64,000 nt of DNA from Convolutriloba macropyga. Its lineage: Eukaryota. The position numbers were made by a program, and so were the translations under genes. The DNA lies in NCBI RefSeq assembly GCF_964194025.1, contig NC_134474.1, positions 60,140,001-60,204,000 on the forward strand, read 5' to 3'. The notes beneath the pieces were generated by a model. The model was not told the origin of the DNA and searched no databases. It was given only the letters and a program-made list of their open reading frames with translations. This document shows positions 14,005 to 26,370 of the stretch, piece by piece. Each line of letters opens with the position of its first letter. Positions within the stretch are counted from its first letter, which is position 1.

Positions 14005-14835
14005 AAACAATCAGACGCACAATTGCTAAATAAATTGCATAATAAATATTACCAAAGTTGTTTTCGCCATCGAGTAGTTGAATAACTTCGAGAGTGATAA
14101 CAATCAAGTGGGAAATGTTTAAATCGGCATTCGTTTCGGTTGCATCAGTTGCATGACGTTATCAAACTGTTGCTGATTAGACTACGATATCATATTCTTT
14201 TGTCGCCAGTTTATATAGTAACAAAAGCAATGAGAGTGATAAATTCGTAGTCGAAGGACGAGCAGACTTCGTATTTTTAATTAAGGTGTAATGTATTATT
14301 TCATCGGTAAGTTATTAAACTGTTCTGTAACTTAGTAAAAATGACAAGAGAAGTCTAATAATAGCTCAGCCTGGCTATTTATGTCACAGCTAATATTCAA
14401 GGTGTAAAAAATAATTTACAGATTTTCATACACAATTGCGGCAAAGGGGAGTTTACATACAAAGTCTGTATGCAATCCAATGAGGCTGGGACAAAGTAAC
14501 CTCATCTACAGAGTTATCCAATTTCGCTGCTAAGACGAAAAAACAATCAGACACAAAATTGCTTGAAATAAATTTAATAATGAATATGAACACACAGTTT
14601 TTATCGCCATCGAGAACTTATCAACTCCGAGGCGACGCCGAGTAGTTGAATAACTTCGAGAGAGTGATAACAATCGTGTGGTAAAATTTTTAATCGGCTC
14701 TCGTTTACTCGCTGTTTATATAGTAACAGTGTCGATGAAAGTGATAAACTCGTAGTCGAACGACGAGCAGACTTCGTATTGTTGATTAGGGTATAAGTTA
14801 TTATTAACCGGTAAGTTATGCCACTGTTGTCATGC
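14005..14835. repeat. ~310-bp direct repeats flanking a copied fragment of KDM7 exon 3/intron 3
   Basis: aacaatcagac...gagtagttgaataacttcgagagtgataacaatc...gacgagcagacttcgtatt at 14005-14335 and 14540-14835. Confidence 0.85.
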
Positions 14836-16340
14836 AACGATAGTTTATTTAAAAAGACCAACAGGACTAATATAATTGCTACAAACAAACGTTGTTTGAG
14901 AGCAAAAAATCCATAACATTCATTTCACAAAAAAACAGCCTGTCGATTGCGTGATATTTACCAATTGCATTTGAAGCCAATTATACTCGATAGACAATTT
15001 TTCGTTGTATGACAAAACGACCCGTGCAAGACTATTAAGACAACAACGCCAACAAACATTTCTCGTAGAGCAAAAAGCCGACCTTATCAAAATGGACACC
15101 CCAAAAATTCAGAAAGTTTTGTACAAAAGATCAGTGGAAAATCACAACATTGGAGAAAGTAGTTCAAAGGAATTTGGAACTGTTTAATAAAGGCATCTTT
15201 CCTGTAGATAATAATAAATGCCATCTTCATAAATAGGGACAAATGATTCTCCCGGTGATTTCAAGAAAAAGAATAAAAATTTGTTTACAAAATTGTAGTA
15301 AAATTCGAAATTTGACAACTGAGACACAGAGAATTATCACAAAATCACAATATAAAATAACGATTCTTTCAAAATTGTAACAAAAATTGAAAATTCAAAA
15401 AATTCAGAACCAAGATGTTTAATTAAAAGAGCTCTCTATTCATCAACTCAAAATCTGTAAAACTAAATATTAATCAATTTCGAAAAAAAAATGTTGAAAC
15501 TTTATCACTAACTCAACATTTTCCTATACTGAGCATAAATTGTTAATCTTATGAATTGGTAGAAGCCTCGTGGATCAGACTCGTCTTTTCAAGCTGATTT
15601 GAGGCAAAAATTTGAACAGATAAAATGATTGGTCAGATATGTTTCAGACTAGAATAATGTCGGCAGCATAAACGCAAAATGTTTGTTCTCTCCAGTACGA
15701 TGACTATGCAAAATTATTGAAGTGCATCCTTGTAAACAAAACAACGCGGGGCTAGATAACCACATTAATATCAATTTGTTAATTGGGAAAATTATCACGC
15801 AAAAACTTGAAACGAAAAGCGTACATCTTCGAAATGTAAAAAAAAACTGTCAAATGGTGCTTTTGCCAAGAAAGGGAAGAAGTTAAAGCTTCATATTTGC
15901 GCATAACTTAAGTCAGAGCTGTTGAAGACGAGAAAATTCAATTAAATATGAACCAAATAAATTTGGAAGAAACATATAAATAGACAGAGCAGCTATCCAT
16001 TGGGAAAACAGACCATTTTAAGACATGATGAAAGCTCAAAAAAGCTTACCAGAGAAGTATTTCGAATAATTTAGGTAGCTTTGAAGGGTAAATTTGATAA
16101 AAATGGCAAATTTAGTTTAAAAAATGGATTTTGGACAAAATTAGCCCAAATTCACCGAAAGGTTGGAGCAAACTATTACCAATTCCCAAAGCATTTGTTA
16201 AAGATTACACCAATGACTTAATAAGAAACATACACCCACTAATGTCGAACGACATGCGGGACAATTTAATTCAGAGAGGGCTGTCTAAGCTAACTGTTTA
16301 TTTGTACCAAGTCACTGTGATAGAAAGGGTCTGAACTCAC

Positions 16341-17194
16341 CTTTCTCTGTGATCTAATTTCATCCACTTTTCAAAGGCAGCTAGATTCTTGTCACTGGGT
16401 TCGACCATATAAAACACCTTTTTACCCCACAACAGATGATACCACACAGATGTTCCCCCAAAGTCAATATGGAAATCTGTGAAAGAATTCTTGGCTGATA
16501 TCAGGCAGTACCGAAGCACTTGAGGTTGGCCAAAAGGGTAAAACTCAGTCTCTGCTAAATCTATATTGTACAAAAGTTGCTCTTTAATCTCGTCATGAGA
16601 TGCGGTTGAGACCCATGATAATTCTTGCACGATTCTAGGAGGTTTCACTAAGTGAACTAATTGCGTGTCTGATATCTCTAAGCTGATCAAATTGAAGACT
16701 TCGTCACGCGAATCTTTGTGTTTGAAATACTCTCCGAAAACTTCTAAGGTCATCTGCTGATCTTTCTGTTCTTTGACATTGATAACATCGACTTTGATAT
16801 CAGGTCCACAACATCTGACAACGTCATCAATTGTAAAATCTGGATGGGGAACCTGTAACTCCAAACCTGCGATTTCTTTAACCTTGATCGGGGTTTCAAA
16901 TCCATGCTCGTCAAAGTAGTCAGTTGTCAAACTGAACCCCTTCAGATCAACAAACAGGGAATCGCCACTAGGGAAGGTCGGGTTGAGGCACTCTAATAGC
17001 TCGAGATACTCTTCGGATCCAGTTTTAGGCCAGAGAACTCGTTCATCACAAGCAGAACACGTACATTGATCTGCGATACATACAAAATGGAAAGCTCGCG
17101 AGCAAAATGGGCAGAGAATAAGATCATCAGGTTTCTCGCCAGATATAATTTCATAACAAATGCTGCATTGCACATCTTTAGAAGGAGAACCCAT
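16341..17194 (-). CDS. KDM7/PHF8-like PHD+JmjC histone demethylase, coding exon 1
   Basis: N-terminal C4HC3-like Cys/His cluster, then JHDM1-type JmjC motifs FNLISLEISDT, YCLISAKNSFTDFHIDFGGTSVWYH (HxD) and GKKVFY. Acceptor ttttatcgttacag 10 nt before the ATG; donor AG|gtgagt at 16340 (phase 2). Confidence 0.93.
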
Positions 17195-17406
17195 GTTTGA
17201 TGAACTGTAACGATAAAATGCTACCTACAATTTTTCTGCTCCTTCAGCAACGATTGTGAAGTGGTACAATGGTTCACACTGCCCAGTGGTCAAATTTTTG
17301 AACCACAGATTCTCTAGCGTCAACTTGACTTTAAGAAGTCATAACATCTTTGATATCTGAAAAAGGTTCATTGACGACACCCGAACAATTCTTAATACAC
17401 TCACTT

Positions 17407-17900
17407 GCACATTTTAAAAATCCGAAAGTCTACAGTGCCAGAAGTTAAAATTCCAGAAGTTGCTACTTAGCCAGAAGTTGATTTCCGTTGACTTTCGTAA
17501 TTTTAAAATGTGCGCGTTTCGTGTTTTAAGCACAGTTACGTGACTCTGCAGAAGTCACTTCGAACTTCGGACTTAATATTTCGAGCCGCTTCGCGGTTCT
17601 CGATGAACTCCAGAAGTTCTCAGTGACTTCAAGCAGAGTCACGTAATCATTACTATAGTAACTAATGTCATACTTTCTCTTGAAACACACGTGCACTTTT
17701 TCAAATGCCGAAATTCTGCAATGTCAGAAGTACCTATGTACATAAATAGAAGCTTACTTCCGTGAACTTTCCGCAAATTCAAACTTGCACGTTGCTTGTT
17801 TTACGCAAGATTAATGACTCTGCTTACTTAACTTTGGCTTATATCTCGATTCGATGCGCGGTTCTCGACGAACGTCAAGATTTTCTCACTGGAGTCATTT
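17407..17900. repeat. two long hairpins upstream of the KDM7-like gene, present in two diverged tandem copies
   Basis: Inverted repeat 17407-17433/17487-17513 (24/27 matches); long hairpin 17536-17646; diverged copy ~17690-17900. Confidence 0.85.
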
Positions 17901-18526
17901 ATACGTTACCAATACAAAACGCCCGGCCACTTTGATGAAAACAATTCAGATTTAAATTAAACCTTCATTATTAAAAAGTAACTGAACGAAAACAATTTTT
18001 TTGCAACTCCCACAAACTTGTACAAATCACACACAAAGCAAGTAAGACTTCATGTCTTGTCCATCACATGTTCAACTTTTAAAATGGTGCGCCACGCGAA
18101 AAGCGCATTGGCGGATGATTGCATGATAGTACGTACAAATCATATTCAAGTATAGTTCTTATCTCAACGCCACAGACGTATATATTGGATCTATTCTGTT
18201 CCGGATATTCCGATAATTTTACTTCTTAAAAGCCTTTATAAACTTGTAACAAGGTATGTTTGATCTCATAATAGTTCTGACGATCACTGATCAGCTCTTA
18301 TTTGGTAACCTATACACCCTCTTATGAAGAATTTCGGGGCCGCTAATAGCCACGAAGCTTAACGTGTCGAAATGGAATAGATCCCAACAATGTTACAGCT
18401 CCTATGAAGTTCTGTTTAACTATCAGAGCCTGAGACTGCGTGCCTCTCGTGAAGCCGGTACTTGTTTTCAATTTTATTACAATGATGAAAATTCAGCCAA
18501 TTGGCGACCGTGTATAGCCCTGCCCG

Positions 18527-18613
18527 TCAGTACATATTCATAGACGAGCTGCTTTCACCTCGTGGTCTCTGAATCTTCTCGTAATTCTTGCTGATCAGAT
18601 CGTGCAATAAAGC
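18527..18613 (-). CDS. PSME3: PA28-gamma terminal exon
   Basis: gttttag|ALLHDLISKNYEKIQRPRGESSSSMNMY-stop; canonical LHD.I.KN.EKI.RPR...Y C-terminus. Confidence 0.93.
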   Translation of the reverse strand, partial: ALLHDLISKNYEKIQRPRGESSSSMNMY

Positions 18614-21600
18614 CTAAAACGCACAAAAGGACTATTACATTTCTCATGAAAATTCAGAACTTGCCCGACACTCGTGCAAATTACTTCCATATAAAGGGAC
18701 GTAGGTTCTTCACTTCTTTAATTGTTCCAGCCTACTTAATGGAGGGACTATATGCTCAACTGGTTTATTTTTTCAGTCAATTTTGGCCGGGCGATAAAAT
18801 TGACGTAGAAAGACTTAAGCGATACCATTAAAAATTATGTTTCTGTATTCTTTTTAGTCGTCCAGGTTTTTGCGAACATTGAGCATTTTAACGTAAATTT
18901 GTTCACTTTCAGCCTAAGTGTCGACAAATTTTAGATATTATTGCCAAATTATGTCAACATTTGCCACGCAAGCCAATCGCGGGGCTTTTATTAGTCGCAT
19001 TGTGGTTTCTATAATCGAAAGGATTTGGGGATTGAGCCGTTTTTATTAAAAAAACTTTATTTTCTTCCACTTCTTGACGTAAATCAAAAATCAAACTGAA
19101 GCAGTGATTTTGGTAATGCTAGAATAGTCAAGGGAGCAAAGTAATGAGTAGTTTGAAAGCGTAAACTTTCAAACTGCTTTCAAAGTGAAGAGAGAACTTT
19201 TTGATCGAATTAACTTTCGCATTTTAGAAATAAATTTTTTCACCTGCAGCAATTCGACTTGCTGTTTTCATTTTTTCTCTTAATTTTCTTCAAATTCTTT
19301 TTTAGGTCTGATGACTTAAGGTTTATTGGAGAAAGGACAATTGCGGCTTGTACATAATCTCATATTGTTTTTGCCAGCTCTATTTTTCCCATTTTTACAG
19401 TTCCTTCCGTGGTCTTATCACTAAGTATTGCTAATGACAGGACTATTTGGCTTTCTAAGGAGCCGTCAATGACATTCAACATAGTTTGAGGTTAACAGGT
19501 TATTCATTTTGTGACTTTAAAATCGTTTGGCATCAAAAGCCGAAAATTAATTTTTTAATTCTGCCTCTTTTTAATTGTCTTTGTTTCGCACTTCTATATT
19601 AGTCTCACTACTCACAGATCCCAGCTGCTTTCCTGTGAAACTAAGTGATTCTGTTTAGTGATTTGAGCTTTCACTGAAGAATTGTGCGTTCTATTTTGGT
19701 TTTAAATTAAGCGGATTTACATAGAGTTTTTGTCCATACTTTTTTCCTGTGTAGCCTCAACAAGAACAGATCTCATTACAGTGGCTTACTTTCTAGTACA
19801 GTGGCTAAGTGGTCTTATTTTATAGCGTTAAATTATTGACTAATACGCAATTTACTGTTGAAAACAGTAATTTTTTAAAACCGGCATTTGTCCTTTTCAA
19901 TTTTTTCAAGCCAGTGTTCCGCAAAATTGATGTTTCTTGCGATAGATAGTGTAAATTGCCCAACAGAATAGGCTTTGTTTGGATGACATTATTATTTTAA
20001 TTGTCATCTCTTTGAAGAAAATTTTCTCACTACCAGAAGCTGACGTTAGCGTAAAAATTTTGAAAGCCGTGATATAAGTTGCTTCTGTTCCTTCTATTTG
20101 ATGAATTCCTTCATTTCACTGTTTACTTAAATTTATTGAACTATAACGCGATGCGGCTCAATTTGATCTCGACGTCATTTATTGCCGTATGTTGTACGGG
20201 TTTTTGCCCATTCGATTGATATAAATTAAATAGGGGTTAACCAAGCTGGATAAGCACAAAGATTTGTTTGTTGAAGGACCTTAATGTTTGCAATTTGGTT
20301 TTAAAACTAGCTAGAAGTTGCATTCAGAGTCGCATTTCAGATTTCTGACACAGTCAGACGTTAAATCGGCCAAATCTTGTTTTTCCTGCTTGCAATTTAC
20401 AGTACTATTAAATTCTATTTTTTCCAACAAAACCTGACATGTGTTACTTTGTTCAATTTGTTAAGTCTAGTAACAACAAAACAACAAGACTGTTATTAAC
20501 CTAAGAGGTATAATGTCTGTCCTAACTAAAGAATACGTCAAGTTTTAAAATACAAAGCATGATCTAATCTTAACTTTTTTAATCTCTCCTTGATTTGGTA
20601 GCTATTTAAGTCAAGAATGTGGATGAGCGGGATCGCAACATTATGTGCAAACGAAAATTAACCCATCTCCTTGTACGCCTACATTAAGGAAACTTCCCAG
20701 TCTTTAACCATTTCTGGAACCATCTGTGGAATTATTGACAATTACTCAAAACTTAAAAATTTTTAGTAAAGGTGGTTGTTTTCGCATTTTTTAAAACTGA
20801 AAACCGCTTATCAATTTTCGAATGGTGACCATATCCCAGAGGTATCAATCCAGAGAATGGGAAAACAGCTCAGCTTTTTAATGATAATTCAGATGACAAG
20901 GAGAACGACAATGTGGCTCTACTTCGGTTCACGACCCTCAAACACATTTTTAAAAACGGTTATTAATAATTGAAAATTGATCAAATTGATTATCTAACAC
21001 TTCCCCAATTACCATAGCTGCTTAAAAACTAGATTTCTAATCAATTAAAGTTGGAGGAAAATATTATTACTTACATGATGAAACAAACAGATTGTGGAAA
21101 TTTTCCGCCACAGAAAAAGCTTTGTTCCAAAATGCTTCGATTTCAACAATTCTTATCAGACAGAAGCATTCGCTACAATCACAACTTTGATCTGGCTAAG
21201 ACCATTCCATGAAATGGAGAACCGTTTTAAAAATGTCTCGTTAATGAACCCTTGTTTTTTTTAACCCGGCAATAGTAGCTAACTTGAAATCACTTATCTG
21301 GAATAAGTCCATTATGTCCAGTCAACTTTCAGTCCCCAAAAATTTAAAAAATTCCTGTACGTGATAAGTCAATTTGTGATCAAACTTCTATTCAAACAAT
21401 CGAATAAAAAATGGCTGCAATGAGAGTCGTGACTTCAGGTACGAAGTGAAATCACTCGCGAAATTAACGACTGAACGAACCAACTACTTTATTGTTTTTC
21501 CCGAATGTAGGCAGAATGCCTCATCAGCAGTGTTGAAGTATCGTATACTTAGAGAATAGTGAGGCTTTACGAGAATTGAAGACCTCGGTCTTTACCAATT

Positions 21601-21619
21601 TACCCAGCTTCTCAAGAAC

Positions 21620-24600
21620 AAGAGCCAACGGGTCCGACAAAAAGCGCTCGACGAAAAATTTCATTAACATAGCTGGCAGATTGCCAGAAAATAGCCGCAA
21701 TAGCTTCGTACACCTGTAGTCTCAAAAAGATAATAAAAGAAACAGACCAAAAAACCTTTTTAAAGCTATTTAAGTTACATTTCGATTAAAAATCTGTTCA
21801 ACTTATTGCTACTTCTAATAGATGCCCTCAAATACACTTCATTTAGAGTGGCACGCACTCATTTGACCTTATCTCTTTGAATTAAAGTAAAAAAAGTCAA
21901 TTTCCGAGTGAGGAAGTCATTTTTGAGAGTGAGGTAAGTCACGTGTCACCAAAAACTTAATCACGCGAATGAACAAAACACTCGCTCCACTAAGAGTAAA
22001 AAATGACGTCACACACGCAATTCAGCTGAAATTGCACGAACAAATGAACAAAAAGCAGATTTGAAGTGATCGTGACGTCATATGATCGTAACAAAAATCT
22101 TGACGACGAAATAAAACATACCCGGCAGATTGCCGGAAAATAGCCGCCGTTGATTCCAATAAGCATGATTGGGATTGAAATAGAAGATATTAAAAAAAAA
22201 AAGATTTTTGTACAAAAACATTTTTTCGTCAGATTTATTTTGATGGCATTTCGTAGTTGAACATAACGTACTTCTGTTTCTTAGAGAGAGGATACAGGGG
22301 CTACTATCAATACCAATACGCATTAGAGATGGTAACTAAGACTAATGGGAACGACGTTCAAATAGCGGGCATCTAAAACTGGGCTTTATGGGTTTATCCC
22401 GTTTCTACTTCTGACTTCAATTTTTTATACTGACTCTGTTCATTTTGAATTGCTATGCTCAGCAACTGATGTTCAGAATCACTTTTAACAGAATGAGAGA
22501 AGAGAGAAACTAGCCTAGAGAAGTCAAAAAGATATCACGCAAAATGTTGAAAAAGCGGCAAAATGAGGTAAAGCGAAACATTTTTTTATTCGACGAAGTA
22601 AAAGGAGCGCTATAATAGCCGGCTGAGAAGAAGAGGGCCGCTATTAATAAAAAGCCATAGCTGGCAGATTGCCAGATAATAGCCGCAATAGATTCGTAGA
22701 TCGGCAGTCTAAAAAAAAAACAGTAAAAAAGACAGACCAAAAAAATTCGTCTATTCATTGAAGTCAAAAAATCTGTATAAGTTATTGCTGCCTCTATTAG
22801 CTGATCTCAAATAACCTTCATTTAGAGTGACACACACCCATTTGACCTCATCTCTTGGAATTAAAGTAAAAGTCAATTTCAAATTGAGGAAGTCACTTTT
22901 GAGAGTGAGGTAAGTCAAGTGTGACCAAATATTTAATAACGCACATGAACAAAAAACTCGCTCTACTAAGAGCGAAAAATGACGTCACACACGCAATTCA
23001 GTTGAAATTTCATGAACGAATGAACAAAAAGTGGCTGTGACGTCATATGGTCGTAACAAAAATCATGAAGACGAAATAAAAAACATAGAAGTCCGGACGT
23101 ACAATTGAAAGAATTTTCATTGACTGAACAGAAAAACTAGACCTAGAATGGCTATGAGTGAATTGAGAAGACCATTTAAAAAAAATCAGATGAAAAATAA
23201 GAAAAAAACAGAAAATCAATGTAAAAATGCCGCATGTGAACAAAAAAAAACCACTAGCGAGAAATGAAAATTTAATTCAAACAAAAAACTAGGCCTAGAA
23301 TGAGCTGTGAATGGATTGAAAACCATTTAGAAAAAAAACCGATCCAAAAAATCGAAAAAACAATTAAAATCAGAGTGAAATTGTCGCATGTGAACAAAAA
23401 ACCGCTACCAAGAAACCGAATTTTTGTTCAAACACCGTTTTCTCACTCTACTTTAAAATTAGAGCGAAAAAAATTCACGCCGCAAAACCACTCGCTTTTT
23501 CGCTCCATTTCCTGTTTCGGCGTGACCAAAATCACTACTCAAATTTGACTCCAAAAATCATGAAAATGTGTGAACAGATCTTAAAAAATATAGCCGGAAG
23601 AATTCCGGAAACGACTCAAAGTAGAAATCTGACTATTCTCACTAATCAGATGCATTACCAGCTATTTTCAATCGACAGACAGTGTAACCAATTCACAAAG
23701 AAAAGACTGGAATACTGGAAACTTGACAAAGGACCAAATGAAAAATAATATTCTCTAAAAATCCAAACAAAATTCTCTACAAAAAGATAACATGCAGCTT
23801 CCCATCCATAACTCATAGAAATCAATTAGTTATATATTTGGCTAGATCAATCGCCCACCTAGTACTTGCAGAGAAACGTTAAACAACAAACTAAAAAAAG
23901 ACTAAGAGAAACTCTTTAACGAATTAGAGATTTGTATAATTTGTTTAAATGAAAACTGCCCTGCTAAGCCTTCAAGTGCAAATTCATCGTATCGACACCT
24001 ACAAAAATGCTCTTTATTGAGAAAAAGTTACCAACAAAAAACATTAAATTGGAAGAAATAGGCAATAAACTTAGAAAAAAGACAAAAAGTGGCCAAAATT
24101 TGCTCTGATTTACTCGATTTTCTTTAACAAAAACAACTCGAAACTAATATCAATCAGAAAGAGACATCAAGAGACATCCAAAAGAGCTACAACATTTGAC
24201 TTCCACTAGAAAACTCCCCAAATGCTATCAAAGGTTGAGGAAGAACAGAAACGAAATTTAAAACCAAATTGAACAAAAAAAACGAGAAAAAGTAAGGTGT
24301 TTTTTTTAAATTTTACAAGAAAAAATAAAGCCAAATAAAGTTACTTTGAGCAAATAGAGCAATGAAATTCTCGCGAAAAAATGGGCAAGTCATAACAAGC
24401 TAAAGAAATTGTCTACCATTGAAAAAAAAACCGAAAAAAAGCCAAAAATTAAATAAAAAGTGGTTAAAAACTTCCTAATTTTTCGCCATTTTTCTTTAGA
24501 AAAAATGTTTTACAACAACAAAATTGTAATCGATTTGTATCCCTGATGATCCTTGGGTAACGAGCTTCTATGCAAATTGCACTTAAAGCAGTAAAACAAA

Positions 24601-25236
24601 ACAAAAGGCCGAAATACATTAAATTTCGTCGAAAAATCAGTAAAACTGATCAAAAACCTCCAAATTTGCATAAAACTCAAATTAACTACTTGAAACCTTC
24701 AATTCCTATCAGAACGAGCCCAAATCCAATACAATATCATAATCAAACCTCATAAACAAGAAAAATTGCAAAAAAAAACTGCTTTTAAAAGCCGCACGTG
24801 AACAAAAAAATTTCGCTCGCTCAGAGAAAATTTTTTCACACATCAATTTCTCGCTCTCTCAAAAACAGCTGTATGAACAAAAAAACCACTCTCTTTTCGC
24901 TCCGCTCTTCACTTTTGTTCAGCAACCAAATCACTCCAAATTTTTTCACGCGTTTCATTTCCCGCTTCAAAATTCACTCCAATAAAATTGATTAAAAAAA
25001 AGGACTTCTCCAATACTCCTCTTCGAGTCGTAAAAAGACAGCGCCCCAATACAATTCAAATTCTTTGAATTGTAAAAAAACCAAGAGAAGGCCAATAATA
25101 GCCCCAGCTACCGCTGTGCGGCTATTAAAAACCAAGAGAAGGCCAATAATAGCCTGAGCTTTCGCTTCGCGGCTATTAAAAAAAGAAAGACCAATATGAC
25201 TAAAACAGTTGCAACAAACTTTGTTTGAGAGCAATA
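21620..25236 (-). mobile_element. nested stack of HINE-like elements in the last PSME3 intron
   Basis: Successive hairpin ends at ~21623 (degenerate), 21666, 22113, 22652, 23080 and 23585; four closing modules stacked at 25037, 25081, 25132 and 25189. Confidence 0.7.
22113..22647 (-). mobile_element. HINE-like family A element, empty-site copy (~535 bp)
   Basis: Same ends and body as 1713-5016 and 32056-32966, but no insertion at gaagtaaaa|ggagcgct. Confidence 0.8.
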
Positions 25237-25628
25237 AGTAATGTTGACAAAAATTGTGGTATATAATGTGGTCATTCAATTTGACTGTTAATGGTAACAT
25301 AATGCAATCACGTTCCTCATGCAATTGAGTGCAGCTGCCTGGAGTTTTGACTAACAGTCTTTCGGCTCAAGAATAAGGACGTACTTCGGCCTTCATCAGG
25401 AAAACAAAGCCTCGGAAAAGATCAACAAATCCGCGGTAAGAGCCGTAAAAAAGTAAGTTCGGATTCCGATAGATTTTTTAACCATAAAGGAACGAAGTCT
25501 AGTGTTGATCTCATGGCAGAATGAAAGATCCAGTACACATTATCGAATTTACTAGTTCGACAAGATCAATTCTCACGCTCGCTGGCGGTTTCGTAATGGC
25601 CCATTAGAAAAATCTCTTAGTTACATAC

Positions 25629-25718
25629 ATGTGAGTGGAGTAGCTGTGCTGTGACAAATCTGGTCAGATAGACAAATTGTCGCTCGTCACACTCTTTCAC
25701 GGCAGTCCTGTAATCCTC
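25629..25718 (-). CDS. PSME3: PA28-gamma exon 6
   Basis: ttgttcag|EDYRTAVKECDERQFVYLTRFVTAQLLHSH|gtatgt; the conserved EDYR...DE helix. Confidence 0.92.
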
Positions 25719-26087
25719 CTGAACAAATTAGAAGACATATCAATTCAGACACTTCAAATCAACAGACGCCGACGCACTTAAAATTCCTACAAGCAGAAAA
25801 ACTGTTGACCAGTCACAGGAGCACAATAGTACAAGGTCGATCATAAGAAACCTAATGACTAAAATAACTGTGTTCAACTTATCAAGTTTTCGCCGTATCT
25901 CTTACGCCCCTACACTCCAACAAAAGTACCGATAAAAAAGACGCTCTACCAATACTTTTCATCGAGTCGTAACAAAATATCGTCCCAAAACAATTTAAAT
26001 TTTTTGAATTGTCAAAAAAGGAAAGCGTCTAAATAATAGCCTTTGAGATGCTGACGTTGGATATTAAACACTCTGATTTCAACTCAC

Positions 26088-26334
26088 AATTTGCGGATAT
26101 TTGATGACTTTAGAGCAAAGCTTGGCCCTGTTTGTGAAATACTCAATCACATCCTCGTAATATTTAGCCGCGTCATCCTCGTAGTAGGTGACTTCCTTCA
26201 CCACTTCAGCCTGGATGGACACACCGAAGTTGTTGCCATCCTCCATTTTGGGGACCAGCAGAGATATCCACACTTTGATCACGCTGCAGTTGTCAATGAA
26301 CTCACGCAGGATAGGCTTCAGCTGTTCACTTACT
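26088..26334 (-). CDS. PSME3: PA28-gamma exon 5
   Basis: LKPILREFIDNCSVIKVWISLLVPKMEDGNNFGVSIQ (activation loop) ... TNRAKLCSKVIKYPQ. RAK rather than RGD at this position marks the gamma type. Donor gtgagt. Confidence 0.95.
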
Positions 26335-26370
26335 CTGGAAATATACTGCTATTATAAACTGCTATATACT

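Noticed and set aside
20640-21360. Possible degraded non-LTR retrotransposon fragment (FDLAK-like motif)
   Set aside because: Too decayed to support without a translated search.
25037-25236. CRISPR-like or integron-like array of short palindromic units
   Set aside because: Eukaryotic intron, no unique spacers, no cas or integrase gene; the units are stacked transposon termini.
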